NCBI GenBank assembly: GCA_041484665.1
Contig: JBGPIA010000001.1
Coordinates: 640,001 to 704,000 of the forward strand
Reading direction: 5' to 3'
Source: Candidatus Krumholzibacteriia bacterium
GTDB lineage: Bacteria; Krumholzibacteriota; Krumholzibacteriia; JAJRXK01
DNA: 64,000 nucleotides
Positions 1-8,373 of this stretch are shown one piece after another. Made by a program: the position numbers and the translations under genes. The notes under the pieces were generated by a model, which did no database searches, was not told the origin of the DNA, and saw nothing but the letters and a program-made list of their open reading frames with translations. Each line of letters opens with the position of its first letter. Positions within the stretch are counted from its first letter, which is position 1.

Positions 1-2413
1 CGGCCTTGGCAGCCTCCCAGTTGAGGCGTCGTGCCAGGTCGGGGCTGTCGCTGTTGAACGACACCACCACGCCGCGTTGGTTCATGATCGTCCCGTTGTA
101 GGGAATGGCATCGTACACCTCGAATTTGTAGGCCCACCAATCGGAGAACGATGAAGCCCCGGCGCCGTGGGCGGCGATCTCGTCGGCGACCTTGTACCCC
201 TCCAGCACGTGCTGGAACGTTCCGATCTTCACGCCGAACTGCTCCATCAGGCGGATCAGCATCAGGATCTCGTCCTGCCGGTAGCTGTGACAGTGGATCT
301 TGCGCGTGCCGGCCAGGACCTCGGCCAGAGCCTCGAGCTGCAGATCGCGTCGTGGCGGCACGCCCTTGCCCTTGCGGACCGTGCGCAACTCGTCCCAGGC
401 GCGTTGGTAGTCGGCGGCGGCCGCGAAACGCTCGCGGATCACTTGCTCTACGCCCATGCGCGTGCCCGGGAAGCGCCCCTGCGCACCAGGGGGGGCGTTG
501 GAGCGTTTGGGATTCTCCCCCAGCGCGAGCTTGATGCCCGCCGGCGCGCCGTCGAGCTTCAGCTCCTCGGGCCCCGCACCCCAGCGCAGCTTGATCACCT
601 GGTTCTGCCCGCCGATGGCGTTGGCCGAACCGTGCAGGAGGTTGGCGCACGTCAAGCCGCCAGCCAGCTCCAAGTAGATGTTGCGCGTCTCGCTGTTGAC
701 CACGTCGGCGATGCGCACCTCGGCGGTGCACGAGTGGGTAGCCTCGTTGACGTCGCCCACGATTGCGGCGTGGCTGTGGCAGTCGATCAGCCCGGGCGTC
801 AGCTGCTTGCCCGACGCGTCGATCACGAGTGCGTCGGCGGGCGCGGCGATCCCGCTGCCCACCTGCACGATCTTGCCCCCGCGCGCCAGCAGGTCGGCCT
901 GCGTGAGCGTCCCCTGCGGGCCGCAGGTCCACACGCGGGCGTTGCGCACCAGCACCGCGGGCGGTGCCTGCAGCGGCCCGCGGTCGGCGAACGGCTCGCG
1001 CGCCACGCGGGCAGCGGGCGGCTTCTTGTCGGCCTGCGCTCCGCCGGCGGGCTGATCGCCGGGCTTCTGCGCATCCTGCTTCTGCTCGTCCTGCTCGCTG
1101 CGCGGCGGGCTGGGGTAGCAAGCGCCATCGATCCACACCGAATCCACGCGCACGTCGTCGTCCAGCAGCGCGCCGGCGAGCACGGTGAGGTTGGCGATCC
1201 GGCCGGCCTCGCTCGTGCCCAGGCGGTCTTGCACCCGGTAGATCTGGGCGGGCACGGTGGTCAGCGCTGCCAGCGCCAGATCGTGGGTCAGCCCGCGATC
1301 GCGCGCGGCGCGCAGCTTCTTCCAGAAATCGCCGCGGTCCTTGAGACCCTGCGTGGTGAGGGCGAACGGCAAGCCCAGTCTGGCCACCAGCGCCGGGTTC
1401 TCCGCGGACCAGTCCCAGGCGCGCAGCTCGTCGAGGGAGATCTGCACCCAGTCGGCGTCCTGATCGACGCGCGGCACATCGGGAAACGTAAGCGGCAGGA
1501 TCAACGGAACCCGGACCGCGCGGATGAGATCGGGGCGCCGCCACTCCTCGCCCGTGGAGACCAGCACCGGATCCACCCCCAGCTCGCGGCAAACGCGCGC
1601 CGCGCGGTCCTCCATCAGCACGCCTGAGGCTGCCAGCAGCACCGGCAGAGCGCGCGACACGACCGGCTGCAGCGCCTCCAGCGCGGGATCGTACTGCGGC
1701 CGCTCGCGGGTGCCGGGATGCTGCGCGTAGTCGGCCTGGTCGTCGTGGTAGTGGCGCGCGTCGAGCATCATCTGCCGGAAGCACGCGATCGCGCCCATCG
1801 TCGATCCCGGATAGCTGCGGGAGTCCTCTCCGGCGGGCTCGAACGCGGCCGCCATGGCGATGTCGGCGGCAATCACTGCCTCATTCGGCGGGACGTCTGC
1901 CAGCCCGGCCAGGGCCGCCGTCCCGCGCACCGCCCCCGGCGCCGGCACGAAGCACGCCGCGGTGTACCCGAGCCCGCGCAGCTCGCGCCGCAGTTCGATT
2001 GCGGGAGCGAGTCCCACCACCGCGCGGCGCTCGGGGCGGACGCGCGAATACGCGGCGCTGGGGCCCGCGACGCCGGGATCGGAGTCGCTGCCGTCGGGGC
2101 GGGCGGCCTCCTTGTCCTCGTCGTAGGCGCGCTCCAGGTAGGGCTCGATGAAGCCCGCGTACACGGTGAGCCCCTTGCCGTCCCACAGGCGCGCATCGGG
2201 GGGGATCGCCACGCGGTCCGCCGGCCCCACCGCGCTGATGCGGCCATCGCGCATGACGATCGTGCCGGGATCGACCGTCCGGCCCGGCGCGACCACCACC
2301 TTCGCGCCGCGCAGCGCGTGGACGCGCGGAGGCCCGGCATGGGCGTGCGCGGCCGTCCCGATGGAAATGCCCACGAGAAGTGCCGCCGCGGCCGGCGCGC
2401 CGGCCCGGTGCAT
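1..2413 (-). CDS. Secreted tandem two-domain amidohydrolase family protein (3' end runs off the window)
   Basis: Not in the ORF track. Manual translation gives MHRAGAPAAAALLVGISIG..HALRGAKVVVAPG..GTIVMRDGRI, second domain TPGLIDCHSH, and TFQHVLEGYKVADEIAAHGAGASSFSDWWAYKFEV..SFNSDS. Start could be a slightly upstream GTG. Confidence 0.9.
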   Translation of the reverse strand, partial: MHRAGAPAAAALLVGISIGTAAHAHAGPPRVHALRGAKVVVAPGRTVDPGTIVMRDGRISAVGPADRVAIPPDARLWDGKGLTVYAGFIEPYLERAYDEDKEAARPDGSDSDPGVAGPSAAYSRVRPERRAVVGLAPAIELRRELRGLGYTAACFVPAPGAVRGTAALAGLADVPPNEAVIAADIAMAAAFEPAGEDSRSYPGSTMGAIACFRQMMLDARHYHDDQADYAQHPGTRERPQYDPALEALQPVVSRALPVLLAASGVLMEDRAARVCRELGVDPVLVSTGEEWRRPDLIRAVRVPLILPLTFPDVPRVDQDADWVQISLDELRAWDWSAENPALVARLGLPFALTTQGLKDRGDFWKKLRAARDRGLTHDLALAALTTVPAQIYRVQDRLGTSEAGRIANLTVLAGALLDDDVRVDSVWIDGACYPSPPRSEQDEQKQDAQKPGDQPAGGAQADKKPPAARVAREPFADRGPLQAPPAVLVRNARVWTCGPQGTLTQADLLARGGKIVQVGSGIAAPADALVIDASGKQLTPGLIDCHSHAAIVGDVNEATHSCTAEVRIADVVNSETRNIYLELAGGLTCANLLHGSANAIGGQNQVIKLRWGAGPEELKLDGAPAGIKLALGENPKRSNAPPGAQGRFPGTRMGVEQVIRERFAAAADYQRAWDELRTVRKGKGVPPRRDLQLEALAEVLAGTRKIHCHSYRQDEILMLIRLMEQFGVKIGTFQHVLEGYKVADEIAAHGAGASSFSDWWAYKFEVYDAIPYNGTIMNQRGVVVSFNSDSPDLARRLNWEAAKA

Positions 2414-2626
2414 CAGAAGTAGCCCGCAGGAGAGTCTGGTGGAGGACACGGAACACCACCCCGATGTGCTCTGGAGGGTTGTGTGAAGGAGCCCGGGCGC
2501 GGGGGATGAGGGTGGCCCAGGCGACGGCGACGAGCATACCGGCGGAGGTGGCAGCGCGGCAACGCCTGGGATCGTCACTGCGCCCTTGCCGGAAAGGCCC
2601 GCGCGCGGTTCCCTGGCAGGGAGGTC

Positions 2627-3526
2627 ATGGGGATTGAACCAGTCATCATCGCCCATCGCGGCGCTTGTGCACGCGCGCCCGAGAACACCCTCGAGGCGTT
2701 CCGGCTCGCGGTCGAGCAGGACGGAGCGCAGGGGCTGGAGCTCGACGTGCAGCGCACGCGCGATGGCATGGTGGTGGTCCTGCACGACGAGACGCTCGAG
2801 CGCACGACCGACGGCGCTGGGCCGGTTGCCCAACTCGACTGGTCCGCGGCGCGCGCGCTCGATGCTGGCTATCGTTTCCAACTGCAGCCCCAGGCCAGCA
2901 GTGGGGAGTTCCCCTGGCGCAGGCGCGGTGTGCGCATCCCGGCGCTGCGCGAGGTGCTCGAGCAGTTCCCGGCGATCTGGATTTCGATCGACCTCAAGCG
3001 CGGCGACCCGCGAACGGAGCGGGCGGTGGTGGCACTCGTGCGCGAGCTGAGCGCCCACGACCGCGTGGTGGTTGGAGCCGAGGCGCACGCGGCCGCGCTG
3101 CGCCTGCGCGCGCTCGCCCCCGAGCTCGCAAGCTTCTTTAGCCGCCACGAGGCGCAGCGCTTCTACCTCCGGCATCGGCTGCGCTGGTGGCGTGGGTACC
3201 GGGCGCCCGCGCGCTCGCTGCAGATTCCGGCGCGTTTCCGCGGGCTCGATCTGGGGGCGATCCGGTTGATCGCGGACGCCCACCGCCTCGCGGTGGCCGT
3301 ACGCTACTGGACGGTGAACGACGAAGGCGAGATGGCGCGGTTGCTGGCCCTGGGGGCCGACGGGATCATCACCGACGACCCCGCCCGGCTGCGGGCGGTG
3401 ATCGGCCGCATGCAGCGCAGAGCGCCGCCCAAAGTGGCAGGCGGGACGCCGCCCGCGGCATCCGGGCGGGATTCGATGGCGGGGCTGGGTCCGGTGACGC
3501 AGCAGAGCCCGCCGGCGGATGCTTAG
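2627..3526 (+). CDS. Glycerophosphodiester phosphodiesterase (GDPD)
   Basis: IIAHRG..PENTLEAF, GLELDVQRTRDG.VVVLHDETLERTT, WTVND, GADGIITDDP; GGAGG RBS. Confidence 0.95.
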   Translation: MGIEPVIIAHRGACARAPENTLEAFRLAVEQDGAQGLELDVQRTRDGMVVVLHDETLERTTDGAGPVAQLDWSAARALDAGYRFQLQPQASSGEFPWRRRGVRIPALREVLEQFPAIWISIDLKRGDPRTERAVVALVRELSAHDRVVVGAEAHAAALRLRALAPELASFFSRHEAQRFYLRHRLRWWRGYRAPARSLQIPARFRGLDLGAIRLIADAHRLAVAVRYWTVNDEGEMARLLALGADGIITDDPARLRAVIGRMQRRAPPKVAGGTPPAASGRDSMAGLGPVTQQSPPADA

Positions 3527-6330
3527 CGCACCACGACGAAACGGCCGATCACGCGGTCGAAGGCCGTGTCGTTCGACTCCACGGCGAAGAGATAGATGCC
3601 GCTGGTGATCTCCCGCCCACCGCCCGAGATCAGGTTCCAGGAGAGCGAGCCGTTGCCGGCCGTTCCGTCGTGCCACAGCTCGGCCACGAGGTCGCCGGAC
3701 AGGGTGAAGATGCGCACGCGGTTGCGCGCGAGCGGGAGGTTGCGGAACTCGATGCGCACGCCCGTGGGATCGCCCGGCGCTGGGTGGACCTGGTAGAACT
3801 CGGCGAGCGCCTCGCGCGTGGCGGGGTTGGGAACGACGTAGACGTTGGAACCGTGGCGGGCGCGGTCCTGCGCCGACTGCGCTTGCGAGCGGGGAATCGC
3901 GAAGTGGAAGTTCCCCTGGGGATCGCCGGCGAGACCCGGACCGAGCGGCTGCGCGCCGGACTGCGGGTCCAGCTCGAAGTCCGTGCCCGTGACCGAGTAG
4001 AAGTACCAGCGTCCGTCGTGCACCTCGCGGTCCACGTACTCGAGGAACCCGCCCCCCTTCTTGTGGACGAACAACGTGTCGAGCTGGTCGTAACAGCACT
4101 CCCAATCCTGCAGGGCGGCGTAGCGCTCGCCCAGCGGCGTCAGCGTGCCCAGCTCGTCGCGGTAGCGGATGTGGTGCCCGGCCGGCAGGGCCGGGTTCTC
4201 CGCGACGATGCGGTCCAGCAGGACGTTGAGATCGGCGAAGCGCGCCGCCTCCGGCGACCCTTCGCGCAGAACGCGCGGCGTGTAGCGGATGGCCTCCAGC
4301 CCGGTATTGGGTCCCAGCGGCAGCTTGTAGACCTGCGTTTCTCCGCTGGAAAGCTGCCGCCGGAAGAGGAAGGAGTCCACCACATCGAACCCCGCGATCA
4401 GCCGCCACTGACGCGACGCCGGGCCGTTGGCGATCGACGACCCCACGGGCCGCGTCCAGTTGTCCGCGCGCCAGACCTGATATCCCTCGAAGTCCACCAG
4501 GCCCCGGCGCGGGTCCTTGCGCGACTCGTCAGCATCGTCCCAGTACACGTGCACCCGGTCGTGGGTCTCCCACAGCCGCAGCCCCGGCGCGAGAGGCGCG
4601 ACGTTGGTGAGCCACGGCACGTGGAACTCGCGGCCCCCGACGCCCGTGCAGCCGGCGAGCGAGTCCTCGGGGGCCCCCATGCCGTCCTGCCAACACTCCT
4701 GCGCCCCCCGCAACTGCTGCAACGCACAGTCGTTGTCGATGTAGACGCAGCCGCGCGCGTCAAGATCCTCCGCGGTCACCAACTGGGGCAAGATGGGCGG
4801 GCTCACGAGGCTGTCGCCGCAGTCCCGGTCCAAACTGAAGATCGGGTTGAGCGGGCCAGGCGGGCCCAGGTCGGACATGCAGACCTTTGTCTCACGCCCC
4901 ATGAGGCCCGTCGACGGGTCGTTGTCGCGGTCAAACCAGGCACCGTAGAACGTGAGGGCGGCCTCGGCCGCGTTGCGTTGGAGTCCGTCCAGCCCCGCGC
5001 CCACCACGATGGCAGCCTGCACGTGGATCTCGGTGCCCGGCCGCAGCGGCGTGAATGGGCCGGTCGAGATCAGGAAGGCGTAATCGGCAGCCTGGCTGGG
5101 ATCGGTCGGGTACCGGTCGATCTGGTCGTTGGACAGGAAATAGTAGCGTTCATAGTCGCCGTAGTCCGCGCTCCAGTCGAACGGAGACCTTATTGGGAAG
5201 AGCTGAAAGCTGCGCACCCGCGCCGTGCGCGGCGCGCGCTCGCCCGAGGGGTCGGTGTTGTGCCCCAGGAACATGACGCCGATGTATCCCCCGGCGCGTC
5301 CGCTGTCGCCGTCGGCGTCGTACATATAGCCCATCGAGAGCGGCACCCAGCTTCCGTCCGGCGCGCGCACGCGCCCCTGCCAGAAGCCCGGCAGATCGTC
5401 GTCGCTGATGTTCGCGCGGGAGCGTGGGCCGATGTCGCAGTCGGAGAAAAGGCCAACGTAGACGCCCTGCAGGATCTCGGTACCGACGTTGCGGATCGTG
5501 AACTCGAAGCCGACGAAATCGTCGGCGTCGTCGTTCTCCCACTGGTAGCTGTCCTGGACGACCTGCAGGCCGAGCGGCTCGTGGTCGGGACGGAGCTGGC
5601 GGAGCGCTGGCCAGTCGTCGCGCATCTCGCAGCGGAAGTGCTGGTGGCTGATGGCGGCGTAGTCCTCATCGATACGGCCATCGAGATCGTCATCGAGCCC
5701 GTTCCTGGGATCCTCGTTCACGCGGCCGTCGCCGTCGTCGTCCTCGCCGGGCTCCGGGTAGCGCAGCCCGTTGGGCTCGCCCTCACGCATGCGGTAGATC
5801 GTGTCCAGGGGATCGTCGGGGTTGGAGATCAGCTCCGTGGCGTACTGGCCGGTCGTGACGTACGGAAGGCCGTTCTTCAGCGCCCCAACCCACAGCCCGG
5901 CCGCCCACAGGTAGTCCACGCCGCTGCCCGCCGGCCACATGGCCGAGGGCGCGTTCGAATAGGAAGCGTGTAACGTGGGTCGGGAGCCGATCAGCCCCCA
6001 GTTCGTGATGTTGAGCTGCAGCTCGCCGACGTTGTGCACGAAGGAGCCGTCGATGATTTGGATGCCGCGTTCGTCGGCGGGTTGGACATCCGCTTTCCCG
6101 CGAAGATCCCAGGCCGCGTGGACCGCCGCGGCCGGAGCCAGGCCGATCAGGGCGCTCAGGGCCCAAAGAGCCCAGCCGGCCCAGGCTGAGATGACGGGAA
6201 AGCGCGCGGGAACGCGGGGGCGTTGATGGAGCGAGGCGCGACTGGCATAGAGCTGCGCATCACACGGCGCTGGACGCAGCGGACCCGTCTCCACCGACCG
6301 CAGCGGGTCACCGGGGGAACGCGGCAGCAC
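3523..6330 (-). CDS. Large secreted protein with acidic Ca-binding-like DxDxDG repeats and C-terminal FlgD-Ig/T9SS-like domain; true start uncertain (probably downstream of 6330)
   Basis: Hydrophobic signal-like segment (WALWALSALIGLAPAAAVHA), HNVGELQLNITNWG, DDDGDGRVNED/DDDLDGRIDED, C-terminal VYVVPNP..IFTLSGDLV..SWNL..SGIYLF..GRFVVVR. Confidence 0.85.
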   Translation of the reverse strand: MLPRSPGDPLRSVETGPLRPAPCDAQLYASRASLHQRPRVPARFPVISAWAGWALWALSALIGLAPAAAVHAAWDLRGKADVQPADERGIQIIDGSFVHNVGELQLNITNWGLIGSRPTLHASYSNAPSAMWPAGSGVDYLWAAGLWVGALKNGLPYVTTGQYATELISNPDDPLDTIYRMREGEPNGLRYPEPGEDDDGDGRVNEDPRNGLDDDLDGRIDEDYAAISHQHFRCEMRDDWPALRQLRPDHEPLGLQVVQDSYQWENDDADDFVGFEFTIRNVGTEILQGVYVGLFSDCDIGPRSRANISDDDLPGFWQGRVRAPDGSWVPLSMGYMYDADGDSGRAGGYIGVMFLGHNTDPSGERAPRTARVRSFQLFPIRSPFDWSADYGDYERYYFLSNDQIDRYPTDPSQAADYAFLISTGPFTPLRPGTEIHVQAAIVVGAGLDGLQRNAAEAALTFYGAWFDRDNDPSTGLMGRETKVCMSDLGPPGPLNPIFSLDRDCGDSLVSPPILPQLVTAEDLDARGCVYIDNDCALQQLRGAQECWQDGMGAPEDSLAGCTGVGGREFHVPWLTNVAPLAPGLRLWETHDRVHVYWDDADESRKDPRRGLVDFEGYQVWRADNWTRPVGSSIANGPASRQWRLIAGFDVVDSFLFRRQLSSGETQVYKLPLGPNTGLEAIRYTPRVLREGSPEAARFADLNVLLDRIVAENPALPAGHHIRYRDELGTLTPLGERYAALQDWECCYDQLDTLFVHKKGGGFLEYVDREVHDGRWYFYSVTGTDFELDPQSGAQPLGPGLAGDPQGNFHFAIPRSQAQSAQDRARHGSNVYVVPNPATREALAEFYQVHPAPGDPTGVRIEFRNLPLARNRVRIFTLSGDLVAELWHDGTAGNGSLSWNLISGGGREITSGIYLFAVESNDTAFDRVIGRFVVVR

Positions 6331-6699
6331 CGCCTCACCCCGCTTCGACGTGGGAGCCTTGGACCGTGCTCAATATGGGGCCCGGGCGGGCGCCGGGCAA
6401 GAGCAGTTGGGGTCGAGCGGCCAGCCTGCGCACGTGCGCCCCAGGCGTTGCCACGCCCGTAGAATGCTGTGGAGGGAACGCCGTCGGGACAGGTACGCTG
6501 CGACGTGACGGCAGGTGCGTGCCGTCGCACACGGCCGCCGTTGGGCGGCCGTCGCGCATCGCGCAGGCACAGGGGACTGCGGCGTGGACGGAATCCTCCA
6601 GCCACGATCGCACGCGACCCCACGTGCGGCACTCGGTGGGTGACGGACTGCAGCGACCAGGTGGGCGGCCGAGTGGAAACGCAGGCGACCCCGCGCGGG

Positions 6700-8367
6700 A
6701 TGCGCGCGCCGTTTCGGCATCGCGACTTCCGCTTCCTCGTGGCGGGCCAGGCCATCTCGCAGACGGGCGACTGGCTCTACAACGTCGCGCTGCTGGTGCT
6801 GGTGTTGCGGATGACGCACTCCCCCACGTGGGTCGCCGCCGCCGGCATCGTGCGATTGCTACCGTACGTGGTGTTCGGGACGTTGGGCGGTCTGATCGCA
6901 GACCGCTACCCACGCAAGCGCGTGATGGTCGTGGCGGATCTGGCGCGGGCCGGGCTGATGGGGCTGCTCGTCGTCGTGGCCCTCACGTCGGGGTCGGCAG
7001 CGCTGGCGATCCTGCTGGCCGGCGCCTCGACCATGTTCTCGGTGGCCTACCACCCGGCCGAGGATGCCGCGCTCCCGCTGCTCGTGGAGGAGGACGAGCT
7101 CTCGGCGGCGAACTCGATCACGTCCACCATCCAGAACCTGTGTGTCGCTCTGGGTCCGGCAGTTGGCGGCGTGCTGCTGATGCTGGGGTCGCCTGCCATG
7201 GCGTTCGCGGTGAACGCCGTGACGTTTCTCGGGTCCGCCGTGGCGATCTCGCAAATCAAGACGGAGCTGGGGCCCTCCGCTGGCGCTTCCGACGCGCCCG
7301 ACAGGAAGTCGCCCACCACGTGGATGCGCATCCGCGAGGGAATCGAGCCGGTCCGATCCTCGGCGGGCGTCCTGGTGCTGGTCGTGGCGTGGGGTGCCAA
7401 CGGGTTCCTGGACGGCGCGCAGATCGTGCTGTTCGCCCTGCTGGCAACCGGCCGGCTGGGGATCGGCGAGGGGGGAATGTCGTTCCTCTATGCCGCGCTG
7501 GGCGTAGGCGGGGTCCTCGCGGCGGGCCTCGCGCACCGGGCCGCCAGCCGCCCGCGGCAGGGACTCGCGCTCGCGATGGCGACGTTTGCCACGGCGTTCG
7601 CGTTCGCCGGGCTCGCGTTCACGCGCACACCGGCTCTGGCCTACGTGCTGGCCGCCATCGACGGCGCGGCCACGATCGTGCTGGACGTGCTCGTCGTCAC
7701 GTCGATCCAGCGGATGCTGGGCAACGAGGTCATGGGGCGGGCGCTCGGGGCGGTGGACTCCCTGGTGGTAGGCCTGGTCCTCGCTGGATCGGTGGTGACG
7801 CCTCCGATCGTGGCAGTGGCCGGTGTGCGGGCGGCGGTGTTGGTGTCCAGCACGCTCGTGGCGTCGGTCGGCATGCTGCTGCTCGTGCGGGCTCGGGCGA
7901 TCGACCAGCGCGCCGCCGCGCGTGTCGAGCGGCTGGCGCCGCGGGTCAAGCTCCTGGACTCACTCGATATCTTCATCGGCGCGTCGCGCGCGACGTTGGA
8001 GGCCTTGGCCGAGGAATTGACGAGGGTATCTGCGCCCGCCGGCACGGTGGTGATCCGCGAGGGCGACGAGCCCGACGACCTGTTCGTGGTGGGCTCCGGG
8101 CAGCTGTTGGTGACGACCGTGGGCCGCGGCCGCGTGGGTGAGCTGAAGGCGGGCGAGTACTTCGGCGAAATCGGCCTGCTGCACAGGATCCCTCGGACCG
8201 CGACCGTCACGGCTTCGACTGACTGCGAGCTGTACCGGATGCGCGGCGAGAGCTTCCTGCGCTTGGTGAACGAAGGCGGGTCGCAGTCCTCGAGCCTCTT
8301 GAGCAACCTGCAGTCTCGGCTCGCGAGCACGCGCGCAGCGCGCCGTGCGGAGCCGGCCGCGCCGTGA
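6700..8367 (+). CDS. MFS transporter fused to a C-terminal cyclic-nucleotide-binding domain
   Basis: FRHRDFRFL, GGLIADRYPRKRVMV MFS motif A, many TM segments; C-terminal VIREGD..LFVV.SG..GEYFGEIGLL..PRTATV. Confidence 0.92.
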   Translation: MRAPFRHRDFRFLVAGQAISQTGDWLYNVALLVLVLRMTHSPTWVAAAGIVRLLPYVVFGTLGGLIADRYPRKRVMVVADLARAGLMGLLVVVALTSGSAALAILLAGASTMFSVAYHPAEDAALPLLVEEDELSAANSITSTIQNLCVALGPAVGGVLLMLGSPAMAFAVNAVTFLGSAVAISQIKTELGPSAGASDAPDRKSPTTWMRIREGIEPVRSSAGVLVLVVAWGANGFLDGAQIVLFALLATGRLGIGEGGMSFLYAALGVGGVLAAGLAHRAASRPRQGLALAMATFATAFAFAGLAFTRTPALAYVLAAIDGAATIVLDVLVVTSIQRMLGNEVMGRALGAVDSLVVGLVLAGSVVTPPIVAVAGVRAAVLVSSTLVASVGMLLLVRARAIDQRAAARVERLAPRVKLLDSLDIFIGASRATLEALAEELTRVSAPAGTVVIREGDEPDDLFVVGSGQLLVTTVGRGRVGELKAGEYFGEIGLLHRIPRTATVTASTDCELYRMRGESFLRLVNEGGSQSSSLLSNLQSRLASTRAARRAEPAAP

Positions 8368-8373
8368 GCCCGC

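Noticed and set aside
167..1627. Long ORFs antisense or frame-shifted to real genes (also 3187..5973+, 17593..19887-, 40462..41958-, 59875..61587+ and many others)
   Set aside because: Shadow ORFs typical of high-GC DNA; they overlap well-supported genes and have no recognisable motifs
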